Assembly: GCF_006345805.1 (NCBI RefSeq)
Contig: NC_042997.1
Location: forward strand, 84,072,001-84,136,000
Direction of reading: 5' to 3'
From: Octopus sinensis
Taxonomy: Eukaryota
Length of the DNA: 64,000 nucleotides
A model generated the notes under the pieces. It saw nothing but the letters and a program-made list of their open reading frames with translations, was not told where the DNA came from and did no database searches. Both the position numbers and the translations under genes were made by a program. Positions 39,770 through 53,170 of the stretch are shown piece by piece. Numbering within the stretch: the stretch's first letter is position 1; each line of letters starts with the position of its first letter.

Positions 39770-40303
39770 AATCTTCCACCCACATGAATAACAACTTCTC
39801 CATTTCATGGATGGGTCCCTGTCATTGTTTGGTTAAAATTATAGACTTCACAGCTTCATAAATTCCATTTTTGTCCTTAAATACCATTGATACAGAGAAA
39901 TGCGATAACTTCAAGTCCTGTGCTATAGTATTCACCTACTTCCTGCCTTCAAACTGCTGGATAATCTTCATTTTACAGTCTAAACCGATAGCCTTCCTCA
40001 ACTTCCTAGGTGGTGCATCTGTAGATGAAAGTATCTTCCATTTACCAGTCATTTTAGGGGTATTTAAGATACAATTGTAACAGATCCACATGCAACTGAT
40101 ACTTGAAAGTGACTGAGTGAGAGACAATGGCAGGCAATGGATGCTGGGGTCTCAGGGAGACTGGGTTGCCAGATGCTGCCACAGTATTCATACATGCAGC
40201 TGCACAATGTCCCAATATCAATTTATGTATTATTTTTTTATTTTTTGTGGTCATAAGTGTGCATGGTCATAAGTCGCATAGGTTGTAAGTTGAGGATAAG
40301 GGG
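39770..40303 (-). mobile_element. Tigger/pogo DNA transposon 5' fragment
   Basis: Translation APPRKLRKAIGLDCKMKIIQQFEGRK...MEKLLFMWVED resembles the CENP-B-type HTH. A TIR-like tcctcaacttacaacc...gcgacttatgacc lies on the minus strand near 40265-40300. Confidence 0.7.
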
Positions 40304-40789
40304 TATAATTTCATGACCATGTATATCTATACACATGTGTATGTGTAAGTGTATGAATACATCCATACATACATGAGTATATATTGGTATATTTGTATAT
40401 AGTATATACATAGTTGTGCAGATGACAACCCTCACTTGGTGTCCTTAAAATTCAAAAATTTGGATTCAAAAGAATCCAGCAAATAATTTTATGTGAGGGA
40501 GTGTGCGCACATATGTATGTGTGTGTGAGGGGATATGGCCTAGTGGTTAGGATGTTGCACTCATGATCTCACAATCATGATTTGAATTCCAAGACCGGGT
40601 GGTGCATAGTGTGCTTGAGCAAAACACTTCATCACATGTTGCTCTGTAATCACTTTCACAACTTACATGTGGTACACCATGCACCTGTTCAGACAATGCC
40701 AATTTGATGGAGGGAGTGACCTAATTTGATCATTGTAAACAAATCATTTGGACAGGTCATTCGGCAAAAGCTGAAGCAAGCTGTGTAAA

Positions 40790-41546
40790 AAAGTGTTACA
40801 CGCTAGCAGCTGAAGGAACCTGTCGAAGGGGTAGACCCAGGAAGACCTGGGACGAGGTGGTAAAGCATGACCTTCGAACATTGGGCCTTACCGAGGCAAT
40901 GAGTAGTGACTGAGACCTTTGGAGATATGTTGAGTTTGAGAAGACCCGACAAGGCAAGTGAGACCATAGCCCGTGGCCTATGCCAGTGGGTGTAAAGAGC
41001 CCACTTATGAGTACCACTCATTCATTGGACAATAAACTTGGCTTGTGAAGACCTATTGAAATCAAATAGTGGAATCAAAATCGCTGACGTGGTCAATGAC
41101 GATACTGCTTGGTACTTGTGCCAGTGGAACATTAAAAGCATATCTGAGCATGATCGTTGCCAGGGAAACAGATTGGCTCCTGTGCCAGTGGCACATAAAA
41201 AACACCATTTGAGCATCATCAGGGCCAGCATCACCTTACTGGTGAGAAACTATATTCAAGCGTGATTGTTGCCAGCGCTGCCAGTCTGGCTCCTGTGCAG
41301 GTAGCACGTAAAAAAACCCATTTGAGCATGGTTGTTGCCAGAACAACCACACTGGGCCTCATGCCAGTGGTACATGAAAGCACCGACTAAACTCTCACAA
41401 TGGTTGGCATTAGGAAGTGCCTCCAGCTGTAGAAACTTTACAAGATCAGATTGAGCCTGGCGCAGCCTTCTGGCTCACCAGTCCTCAGTCAAACCAGCCA
41501 ACCCACGCCTGTATGAAAAGTGAATGTTAAACAATGATGACAATGA
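40790..41546 (+). mobile_element. RTE LINE 3' fragment including the ORF C-terminus and a 3'-UTR repeat array
   Basis: Translates KKCYTLAAEGTCRRGRPRKTWDEVVKHDLRTLGLTEAM, followed by several degenerate ~66-bp units and an (ATG)n tail. Confidence 0.9.
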
Positions 41547-41559
41547 TATATATATATAC

Positions 41560-41721
41560 ATATACATACATACATATATATATACATGTACATATACATC
41601 TATATACATGTACATGTACATATACATCTATATACATGTACATATACATATGTATACACATATATACATGTACATATACATATGTATACACATATATACA
41701 TGTACATATACATATGTATAC
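41560..41721. repeat. 28-32 bp TA/CA-rich minisatellite running into the gap
   Basis: Unit catatacatatgtatacacatatatacatgta repeats up to the first N. Confidence 0.85.
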
Positions 41722-41821
41722 NNNNNNNNNNNNNNNNNNNNNNNNNNNNNNNNNNNNNNNNNNNNNNNNNNNNNNNNNNNNNNNNNNNNNNNNNNNNNNN
41801 NNNNNNNNNNNNNNNNNNNNN
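41722..41821. other. Assembly gap (100 N)
   Basis: Exactly 100 N, probably a placeholder of unknown true length. Confidence 0.99.
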
Positions 41822-42790
41822 GCAACTCTCCCATGAAAAAGAAAGAGCAGACAAAGAAGCCTGGGCTATAGACAACATAAAATCTAACCCCAGAGCTTCT
41901 ACAGGTATGCCAAAGAAACAGCTATGGTGCACTGTAGGATAGGGCCACTCCTTGAAAAGGATGGCACACTCACAGGAAATCCAATGAGGGTAAGTGAAAT
42001 ACTAAATGAGCAATTCAAGAGTATTTTCACGCCACCCCTAGGGCATTTTCAAGTCAGCAATCCAACTGACTTCTTACCACTGCAGATATAAAATCGGAGG
42101 CAGCAATGATTGATACATCAATATAAGGAAGACGATGTAATAAAGGCATTAATGAAATGAAAACAAACTCAGCTACTGGCCCAGATGGATTCCCAGCAAT
42201 CCTTCTAAAAGTATGTAAGAGAGTCCTAGCAAGACCACTGCAGCTCCTCTTTCAGAGCTTCCTTGCAACTGGCAAACTTCCAAGAAAACTGAAGGAAGGT
42301 AAAATATGCCCTATTCATAAAGGAGGTAGCAGAGCAGAGACCAAGAACTACAGACCTATCTCTCTGACCTCACACATCAGCAAGGTCATGGAACGAATAG
42401 TCAGAAGGAAACTAATCACCTTCCTTGAAGAAAATGACTTGCTGCCTGAAACCCAACATGGTTTCCGACCAGGAAGAAGCTGCTTAACTCAGCTCCTACA
42501 ACACTATGACTGGGTGCTGAAACGACTGCTCAACCACTCAAATGTGGAAGTCATATATCTCGACTTTGCAAAGGCCTTTGATAAAGTCGATCATGGAATG
42601 CTATGTCACAAACTGCGTGATCTTGGCATAGTTGGAAAATTGGGAGAGTGGCTTCATGACTTTCTGAAGGATAGAAGTCAGGTGGTAGTAGCTAACACGC
42701 AAATAGTGAGCGGTGTTCCGCAGGGCACTGTTTTGGGACCACTACTGTTCATAATGGCCCTCTCAGACATGCCCTCAGCCACGCAGTGTC
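41822..42790 (+). mobile_element. CR1-type LINE reverse transcriptase fragment
   Basis: ORF 42157-42801 carries GPDGFP, NYRPISLTS, QHGFRPGRSCLTQL, YLDFAKAFDKV and SGVPQGTVLGPLLF. Similarity ends before the YADD motif. Confidence 0.9.
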
Positions 42791-44600
42791 AAACGTGTTG
42801 AAAATATAAATGGCACTATGTTCTTAATAGACAAGTAGCAGGGACAAAACGTTAGCATAATATATTCATTATGTTTACACCTGCTTATTATTACAAATAC
42901 AAATAAGGCAGTGAGCTGGTAGAATCGTTAGTATGTCCATCTATATATCCTGAGTTCAAATTTCGCTGAGGTTGATTTTGCTTTCATTCTTTCAGGGTCA
43001 ATAAAAAATACTGCTGGCCTTGTGCCAAAATTTGAAATCATTATTACAGATACAAACATTGGTTACAACCAAAACAAAATACAGAGTATTTATCTTCAGG
43101 GTTTCCATTAAAGCTGACAGCATAGTTTCTCTACTACAACATGAGAGAGAGAGAGAGAGAGACAGACAGAAAGACAGACAGAGAAATATTAATAGTATCA
43201 TTGTTTTATGTTTTGCTTTTCTTCACAAAAGCAGAGGATGAATGAGACTTCTTGAGGCAGAATTCTATGGCTGAATGCTCTTCCTGATGCTAACCTTTAT
43301 TTGTATTTTCAAGTATGGTATCTTATTCCACATCATTGTTGCACTGAACTGCCTGACTGCTAAGTGGAAGCCTAGTGTGTGTGTGTGTATGATTTCCTGT
43401 CTATTGCTTGACAATTGGAGTTTGTTTATGGCTGCAGTTCAGTGACTGATACAAAGTATGCATGTGTGCATGTATGTGTATATAGGTATATGTATGCATA
43501 ATCAGTCTTGTGTTTACAAACCCCAAGCAAATTCAAGACAAGTAAGGTATCCCAGAGTTTAGGTTGAACTAGACCCCGAGATGTTATTTCTTTTAAATTG
43601 TTGCATCTGTTTTTTTCCCCAGAGAAGAGATGACTTTTATGATGAAGTATTGTAAACATTATAAGTGTGTTGCGAATATGGATTTGTAGATATAAATGTG
43701 AAAAGGTTAATAGTGCTAGAATACACCAATAGAATTTATGATGCACAGATGAAGAACATGTAACAAAACATTGGGCATGCTGTCAAAACCAGAGGGGTGC
43801 TAAGGGTTTTTTTTTTACTTTGTATTTATTTTGTTTTGTTTTTGAGGAATACGGATAACAAGACATTATGTATATATGTATGAATGAGCATGTTTGAATT
43901 CATATGTGTGTATGTATTATGGATATTTGTTGTGTCAGAAAGCATTTATGTGAATGTGCTTGTATGTTAGTTTATCTGTAAATATGTGTTACATGAATAT
44001 ATGTGCTCTAACTATATGTGCAGTGAAAGGAAATCATCTGTATGAATAAACTTCCTGCAGATGTTTTTAAATATAAGTGAACATGTTTTGTGTGTGGTGT
44101 GATACAATATGGGGTAAATGTATGTAAATGTAGTGTGCAAAACATACATAGAGCATTCTGAAGATCTGACTACAGGGATATATGCAAGCAGGAATGAAAC
44201 AAAAAAATTAAAAAGAAAAATTAATGTAACTATTTAAAAAAAAACATAATTTTGGAGAAAAAGCCTACATCACTGACTGGTTTGAAAACATTTGAACATT
44301 AGTAATTCTACTATAAACAAAATGGCAATGCGAAGAATTACTCGGTGTGAATTTTAAGTATTACATTTAGCCTCTGATTTCTGGAATGTGCCAAGTAGCA
44401 AGGAGTCAGGTTAAAGATTCCACACTAGTATACATCTCTGTCTGTGGCTGTGTGGTAAGAAGTTTGCTTCCCAACTACATGATCTCAGATTCAGTCACAT
44501 TTCATGGCACCCTGAGCAAAGCATCTTCCACTATAGCCCCAGGCCGACCAAAGCCTTGTGATAGAAACTGAAAGAAGCTCAGTGTGTGTGTGTGTGTGTG

Positions 44601-44641
<41 letters not shown>

Positions 44642-47065
44642 CGCCTTGCCTTTATGTGATAATTGTAAATGGGTGTCACCATCATGCAAGTAATACCTTT
44701 CATTTCCAATCTTCCATTAAAATGTCTGGTTGTAGGGAATGTTACCTTACTTGGACACAGGTACAGAAAGGGGACAGAAAGGGCATCAGGCAATAGAAAA
44801 TCCACCTCAACAAATTCCATGCTAGCATGTAAAAATGGACATTGAAAATGATGATGATGATGATGATGATATTTTTCACATAAGCATTTTTTATGTTGAG
44901 CACCAAATTCTACATGGTATCCAAGCAGGCTAGGTATGTTTCTAGCTTATTTTACACACACTGCTAATGCCTTTGGGATATTCAGAAATGTCATTATCTT
45001 CCATTTTATCTTTTGGTGAAATCACTGGACCTCATTACTTATTGCTTGATACTCCTGATCTTGAAGGATCAAGCAACTGGCTGTATTTATTGTACAAGAG
45101 CAAAGTTTATCATAGGAGGAGGAGACTGTGAGGATTGAAAAGGGGACAAATTTAAATATTTCATTTTCATGTCATAATTCAATCAACATGTTGAATGCAT
45201 AAAGAAGTTATCAAATAAGATGTAGGTCCAGAGTATCTGCTAATACTATTGTCCTTCTCTTGTTTGTCCATCTTGATATATATATACCTCAAAGGCTGCT
45301 TTAATACTCCCCCTATGTTTGAACTTTCTTGAAATACTGACTGGTCATTTAATTAGCTGGATACTGGTTAGAATGTACATAAGTTTAAATGGGCATGTAT
45401 TTATGCATGTAGGTATGTATGAATGTATTTATGTGTGTGTGTGTGTGTGCGTATGATTGGCAGTGTGTATATACATCGTCATCATGTCCACTTTTCTGTG
45501 TTACAGTGGGTACTACATTATGTTTCATTATAATTTAGCTTTCTACAGCTCTCATTATCAATGTGGTTGTTGTTGTTGATGTAGTTGTTGTTTAGCTCCT
45601 GGTCAACTCTCGATAGTGGACATTTTAAGATGGCAGTGAACATTTCAAGATAGCAGTGGATATTTCAAGATGACCTGAAGACAATCAACATTACATGAAA
45701 ATCATGTGCAACAGTAGCAGCCAACCGAACCTGGTGGAAGAAGCTTACCACCCAATGCACTGAACAGCACAGAAAGACCCAAAGCTAAAGCAGCTCTTGT
45801 TAAACTGACAGGCCTATGGTCCATAAGTTTGTTGGGTGTTTTCATTACTAATTTGTCAGAGAGGCAGTATACATAATTTATGACTTTTGCAATTTCTGCT
45901 TCTTTCCAGACTAGTAAGATCATTGTGACTGATGTTCAGCTTGACTTTCTGCAGATTAGTGTTAGTAAGGGAAAAGTATGAGCAAAGGAGGTGGAATGTT
46001 AAAGAGAAACTGTTTTGTGGGAAGTAAAGAGTTTAGAATGGGAAGATTTAATGGAGATGAGACACAGTAGGAAAGGCAAGAAGACACAAAGGTGTATTGG
46101 AATGTATACAGCCTCTCAGAAAACTGGTAACATAATAAGGGATAGTAGTAGTAGTAGTGGTGGTAGGGTTAATAATGCATTGTTCTGAGCACCTTGTGAC
46201 TGAGATGTACTGGCAAAGTTTTCTAGCGGCAAGAGACAGAGTGTGTGTGTGTGTGAGAGACAGAGAGAGAGACAGAGAGAGAGAGACAGACAGAGAGAGA
46301 GAGAAGCTGCATTGACCTACACATGTATCATACTGAGGATCAGCATGTCATTTAGCAGCAGGTCAGCTTTCAATGAGTGTATTGTTCATCTCACCTTTTC
46401 TCAGTCATCTATGTGTCTGCTTCTGTTCTGATTTAAGGGCAATTTGGCTGCTACCTCTAAGTTGGCAGCAATATGGAGGCTCAAAATCATTGGTTCAAAA
46501 GTCAGTCAGATATTTCAAGCTGGCTTATATTTTGACCTTGATCAAGAAGTCTAGGCTCTGGGCTGAATTTCTGACTAATGTTCTACACATTGCGATCACT
46601 ATGGCAGTTCATAAAATTGTGAAACCTGACATTTGTTTATTTAAGGAAATTGTTATCACTCATCTGCTCCCCCCACTGTGCTATAAGTGAAACAGTAGCT
46701 AAGAATTGGCTCTTTAAAGAAACATAGCCTACTAAAAACATTTGCTTTTACATTTTAGATAAGAAACCAGAGAAACTAGGACTGCTGAATGATGATGCTA
46801 ACCTAGACCAAGAAGATATCTCACAACAGATTTTTTCTTCTACATCCATCTCCAGTAGTACAGGAACTATTGCAGTCACTTCTAATGAAGTTATTCTAAT
46901 GAAGTTATTGTCACTGCTGTTTTTACTGTTCAATCTTCAGTCAGTTCTGATGAAACATGCCTGTGGTTAAAGGTATTCTAGCCAAAAGATGTTCTGGCAA
47001 TTTTTTTCTTCTTCTTAAAGTCAGCCTTCCTTATTTTCTTTAAAGATGAAAGACTGCATAATGTA

Positions 47066-47284
47066 ACATGAAGAAAAATCAATTGTTATTTCTAGAAGTT
47101 TGAGTGACTCTAAAGAGGCCTCCTTTTGAAAGGTCTAAGGATTTGAGGGACATCAAGCTATTTAGCTGGAAAAGGACATGAAGAAAAATCAATTGTTATT
47201 TCTAGTAGTTTGAGTGACTCTAAAGAGGCCTCCTTTTGAAAGTCTAAGGATTTGAGGGACATCAAGCTATTTAGCTGGAAAAAG
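47066..47284. repeat. Direct tandem duplication, 2 x about 110 bp
   Basis: acatgaagaaaaatcaattg...gctatttagctggaaaa begins at 47066 and again at 47176, with only a few differences. Confidence 0.95.
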
Positions 47285-48028
47285 ACAGGAGTTTTACCAA
47301 GTGTCAGTGCAACTGATGCTATAAACCAGTAAGTGTTTGTTCCAAGAAGAACAACTCTCTCAAAGATTAGGTCAACAACTCTTTTCTCTCTATCTCTCTC
47401 TCTCTCTCGCTTTCTCTCTCTATCTCATTTTCTCATGCCCCTCTCCACCACACACAAACATACACACAAATTAGTCTTCAAAATAAATTAAATTGATAAA
47501 TAAACCAAATAAACCAGCAAATAACTGTACAAACACAACTAAATCAATAAAGAGACCCATAAACAGAGACTTAAACCAAAACAGCCACATTAATGTTTTC
47601 GCTCAGTTAATGAAACAAACTCTCAACATAAGTGGTGAGTACATTCACTTGCATGGTTTAGCTAGTGTTTCACTGATTGTGTGCATGAGTGTATGTGTGC
47701 AAGTATACCTGCATGTGTGATAGGAGGTATAATATTTGCATTAACAACTTGTTATTCAGATTTGCATTATAATTACACAGATGTAATGTCTGATCATTTG
47801 GATGCAATGCTGAAGAGAGGCGAAACAGCTACAGTCTCTCTAAATAGGGCTGGTTGTGAGTGATAATGTGTGAGATTCTTATTAGTCAAGTTACATGCTG
47901 GAGACAGCAAGTTGTTGTAGCAAGAGTTGAATGGTTGCTGAATTGGGGGAAACTTTTATGCTTTAAATGAGTGTAGTCTACCTTTCTTTTGTTAGACAAT
48001 CCAATGAAATTTAAAATTTAAGCAAAAA

Positions 48029-48400
48029 TTATAGAACAGTGTTGACAACAAATGATTTAAAATGATTTAAAAGTTCAATTTTCTTAATAAGCAATTTATT
48101 AAGCTGTAGCAATATATGCAGTTTTTGTAGAAACAGACAACAATTAGATGTTCTAGGGGAATAATGAGGAGCCAGGTCAAAAATGCTTGAAGTTATACTA
48201 GGCAGATCATTTCCCAGTTCCAAGGTATCAAGAGAAAACAGGACAAACTCATCCATAGACCTGAATGAGTGTACATGTTGGATGAATCTTGTCTTGAAGT
48301 CATTAGATGTAATTCCTATGTAGTTCTTACTGTGCCGTTTGCTCTTAGAAGAAAAATACGTGCAAACAAGTCCATCACCTTTAAATATAAACATACAAGA
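48029..48400 (-). mobile_element. Penelope-like GIY-YIG endonuclease remnant
   Basis: KNYIGITSNDFKTRFIQHVHSFR...ITSSIFDLAPHYSPRTSNCCLFLQKLHIL...LLIKKIEL matches the pattern YIGxT...R...H, WSI...PY...CxLCLxEK...LNKRSE. Confidence 0.75.
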
Positions 48401-49802
48401 CCAGAATTCCACTAGATGTTTCCTCAGTTTGTAATAATGTGCATAAGATGCATATACACACATACATACATGTATTACCTACACTATTATACACACATAC
48501 ACATTTATAAACAATAAATAGTCAGTCATGTTTTCCAACAATGCATATATACATAATACACCATAAGGGAAATCATTCTGACCAGTGAGAAACATTAGCC
48601 AAATACCCTCAACTTAGAGCCCAGTGTCATAAAAACAAATGAAAAAATACCGGATAATGTAGTCTTACATATATCACTAGTTATGGGATGGCCAAGGCTA
48701 GAACAGCTTTGATCATAGGTCTGCACAATCAGGGTTGACTTGGGGCTAAACAACAACTCTCTCAATCACTTAAATTTCAATATCTTTCTCTCACGTCTCT
48801 CCCTGACACATACATTTTTCTCACATCATTTCCACTTTACCTATATTCCTCTCTTCATCTCTCTTCTCTGTCTTTCTACTGAGCACTCTCTTTTTCTGAT
48901 TGCCACTGTCTTTCTTGGATTATATCTCTCATCCTCCATTATATTCCCCGCCTCTCTCTTTTCTTCCAAATTCTCATCTTATCCCTGGGGCATATCCTTC
49001 ATCCTCTTTGTCTACTTTCTCTTTTATTTCTCATACATAAGCCTTTTATATCTGATCCTCTATCCTTGCTCTTTATTACATACATACTTAAAGTGTGGGG
49101 CTCACAATCATGAGATGGTGAGTTTGATTCTTGGTCTGGGCTGTGTGTTGTGTTCTTGAGCAAGACACTCTATTTCACATTGCTCCAGCTCACCATCACC
49201 ACTACCACAACAATATCATCACCATTGCTATCCACCTCATAACCAAAACTGCCACCACCCTCACCAACATTACTATTCTTTCTCAATTATTCCACAATAA
49301 CAACATACAGAGGGACTAACACACACACACATTCTCCACCACCACTACCATCACTACCATTCTTCAGTTTCTTGTGTTGTTTATGGACATGTTTTTGTTT
49401 TCTGAATTAGTATGTAAACAGGCTGTGTATTCCAAAGACACATGTACACTTAACATACTTCTCAGGTGGAACCAGCACAAAACAAGTGTGACGAGGCTAC
49501 ACATTTCATTAAATGGTACAGTCTATTTGGCAGGCTTCTGTACCGTTTCTGTCATTATATAACACAGTCAGCTACAGATGCAGGGGTGGCTGTGTCATAA
49601 GAAGCTTACTTACCAACCACATGGCTCTAAGTTCAGTCACTCTCTTGCTTCTGCTAAATATTAATAAAAATAGACATATACCCATATTTTGAGTTTTATT
49701 TTTCCTGTTTACATCACCATACCTGTGTGAGAATGTATATGTGTGTGTGTGTGTGTAAAATATATACATACAATGTTAGATATGTACTAATTAGCTGTCA
49801 TA

Positions 49803-49864
49803 CTTTGGCTGATGAGAGAAATCAGGCACCTATTTGGTGCTAAATTTCGAAGCTGGTACCAAGT
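49803..49864 (+). ncRNA. Degenerate type I hammerhead-ribozyme-like motif
   Basis: ttgg-CTGATGA-ga-gaaat.cag.gcacc-tattt-ggtgc.taa.atttc-GAAG-CTGG-TA-ccaa. Helix I (ttgg/ccaa) and a long helix II can form, but GAAG replaces GAAA and helix III is imperfect. Confidence 0.4.
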
Positions 49865-50108
49865 TGACGAGCATTTTACTTGTTCTGACCCAGTAGAGGT
49901 AAGACATTATTATTGTTTCCTATCATGTCTGTAATAGATTTCTGACTATTCAGTGGTACAGAAGTATTTTTGACTTCTATTTTAGCTATGTAGGTGCTCA
50001 TGTAGTGCCCTTGTGTACATATCTAATATTGTATGTATATATTCTATTAATTTGTCTGTACGGCTGATAATTCGCTTGTCACTTGTGATGGTATTTTAAT
50101 AATACCAT

Positions 50109-50150
<42 letters not shown>

Positions 50151-50376
50151 GTAATCTGGTAGTACTCATAAAAAAAACTCCTTATATCTCAGTCAAGTAA
50201 CCATATAGAATATACAGTACAATACAAGAGAAAATGATAAAGAGTGTATAAAGTCATAATTGACAAAGAAATAGCTTGATAAAATTTTATTTAATAATAA
50301 GAAAATTCTAATATCATGACAAATTTTCATAACTTAAAAAATGTAAATAATTACATTTCTCTGTCATATATGACTT

Positions 50377-50413
<37 letters not shown>

Positions 50414-51999
50414 TGTGTGTGTGTGTGTGCCTTTGTGTTTGGTTCCCCACCACCACCATTGATTTGTTAATGTTCCCATAACTTAGCAGTTTGGCGAAAA
50501 GAGGCTAATAACATAAATACCAGGCTTAAAAAGGAAATATCATAATTACTAGATCGACTTGTTAGGCTAAACCCTTCAGGGTAGAGTCCCTGCATGATTG
50601 AAGTCCAATGATTGAAACAAGTAAAAGGTAAATGGTAATATACTAAAAGATGAGATTGTTACAGCTGAAATAAGTTACTGACCATAAGTTTGCTTGATCA
50701 GACCTAGCCTAGGGTTAAACAACAACAGTTTAGAACTACATAACATGACATAACAAGAATAAAATCAGCAACACAAAGCAACATATCACCTGTCAATTTG
50801 AGAGTGTAACAGCTGCAGCCTACATCATGGAATTACACAATTTTGCAGTACCTATTTGATTAGTGAGAGTTAAAATCTTTTGTCTTTGGGAAGGTAGGAA
50901 AAAAGCTGACAGGATGTTAACTACTGACATCTTGGCTGGTTGTCCAAGAAACCTATTGATACAGCCATCTGTGGTTCTTAGACTCTCTCACATACACAAT
51001 ATGTAAATAAAAATATACACATGAGTGTGTTATCTTTCATCTTTTACATATTTCAGTCATTGGACTGCGTCCACACTAAGGTTTGAAGGGTTTACACAAA
51101 CAAATCAACCCCAGTATTTATTCTATTGGTCGCAAATGTTTTCTGTGCTAAGATGTATTTTGTCTTGGTACACATGTCAATTGCTATAATGTTCTCTTTG
51201 AGCTCAACAAGCCGAGAGGATTCTTATCCTTCGGGGAGTAGTCAAAAGCCATAAAACATGTGACAACAGCCTCCTATATTTTTCAATGCACAAAAAGAAT
51301 AAATTATTTTTGTGATAGGGAATGCTTTACAAACTGTAGTTTAACTACTTTCATGATACACACACAAACAGACACACACACGTATCCACATGCAATACAT
51401 CACAATTGCTAACATAGATCCTTTATTGCAGACATTGAAGTATGTCTTGCAAAGCAACATAATAAATTCAACATCAGTTACAAAATTCAGATAGCAAAAG
51501 AGAACTAGAAATCAGCAAACATCTGAATGCCACAATTCCCTCAATATGATTATACACTCTGAGTCAGAATATGTTGAATGGTCCTCAGCTAGAGAGAGGT
51601 AGAGATCTTGTTATCAACATTGATAGATTGATAGCACTGAGCAAGAACAATACTGATTTCAAATTTTGGCACAAGGGGAAGAAGAAGTCAATTACATTGA
51701 CCCCAGTGATCAAATGGTACTTATTTTATTAACCGTGAAAGGATGAAAGGCAAAGTCAACCTCAGCAGAATTTGAACTCAGAACATGAAGACGAATGAAA
51801 TGCTGCTAAGCATTTTGCCTGGCATGCTAACGATTCTGCCAGCTTGAACAAATATTAGAAGATGAACTAAACAGGAAGCTGCTATACAGTTGCTCAACCT
51901 GCTAGAAATAGCAAGCAAGTCTCTTTCAAATCATATCCTAGTGTTTTAAAAGGAGGACATGCTAAATAATGCAGTTCTAAATCCACAGTATGGTTGTAG

Positions 52000-53170
52000 C
52001 TAAGCTGGACCTTCAGTCAAGTGACATACATTAAGCAGTATGAACTTGCCTCTCAAGGCACTCAGTTTCAAACTCACCAATTTGACCTGACTGAAGCATA
52101 TTCCAGTTACTAGTTTATATGTCTTCAGTATGATGCTCACTAGCTTTATGGTAATATTATTACCCATGCAGTCTGACATGGTTCTCCCACATCTTAGTAC
52201 AAATGGGATTTCTTTCAACACTCCCAGCTTCTGCAACAGTGATTTAAAAATTAAAATATACAGAAGTGAAAAGAAAGGACATCTTTGGTGAATCAAACAT
52301 GTAATTCAAAGCAGCTTGAATAAGTAGGCATTTATTCTCACTTTGAAGCCAAGCAGATGATGTTATGCAAGGCTTTGAAAGTGAAAACAAAACTAATAGT
52401 ACAAAAACTTTTGACTGGCTCATCTGAGCCAAACTTTAAGGTCTGTGCATCCCCAATGACACTATTGATAACAAGTGCCATCCTCTTCATGAGCACTTTG
52501 ACCAAAATCTTAAACTTTGCATTTAGGAAATTTACAGGACTGAAATTATTGAACACTCCCCCCATCCCTACCACCACCACATTTTCCATGTTCACCTCAC
52601 TTCTCAGGAGTGCTACAACTCACCACTTCAGAGAAATGACAACTGTCTTGTTCTGCAACCAGCTGCTGTAAATGCCTAACAATACTTTAGGAAACAAGTC
52701 TGGCATGTATACGTAAAGCTCTTCTGGTAGAAAATCCTAACACAGCAATTTACCCCACACACAACTGCTTGGTGCCTACCTTATCTCAGCTAATGTTATT
52801 TACCTTTTGTGGTACCCCAACTCCTCACAGTAAGCCATCAAAGTTGAAATCCACTATCTCCACCCTACTACTTGCCTCAAAGAGTCCAGTAAACTGTGAC
52901 GGGAATACCACAAACAACTGTTAGAACTGGATAGCTCATACACAGGATAGATAGGCCACATTGTGGTCTTGCTGTCACATCACACCTCTGCCATCCAGGT
53001 AGACTGATTGGCTTTCACCATTTTGCACCTAAGAGCATGCATCTTAGATTTAGCAATGCAATCTTTGCGTTTTGCATTGCAGAAATAGATGCATTCCATC
53101 TTTTCCATAAGTACAATACTTTTTGTAATTTACCGACCAATTCAGCATCTAATATAATATTCTCTAACAC
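52000..53170 (-). mobile_element. Decayed L1/Tx1-like LINE reverse transcriptase
   Basis: NFSPVNFLNAKFKILVKVLMKRMALVINSVIGDAQT resembles YRPITLLNxDxKILAKVL...Q, and IHQRCPFFSLLYIL resembles VRQGCPLSPLLY. Many stops and frameshifts. Confidence 0.75.
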
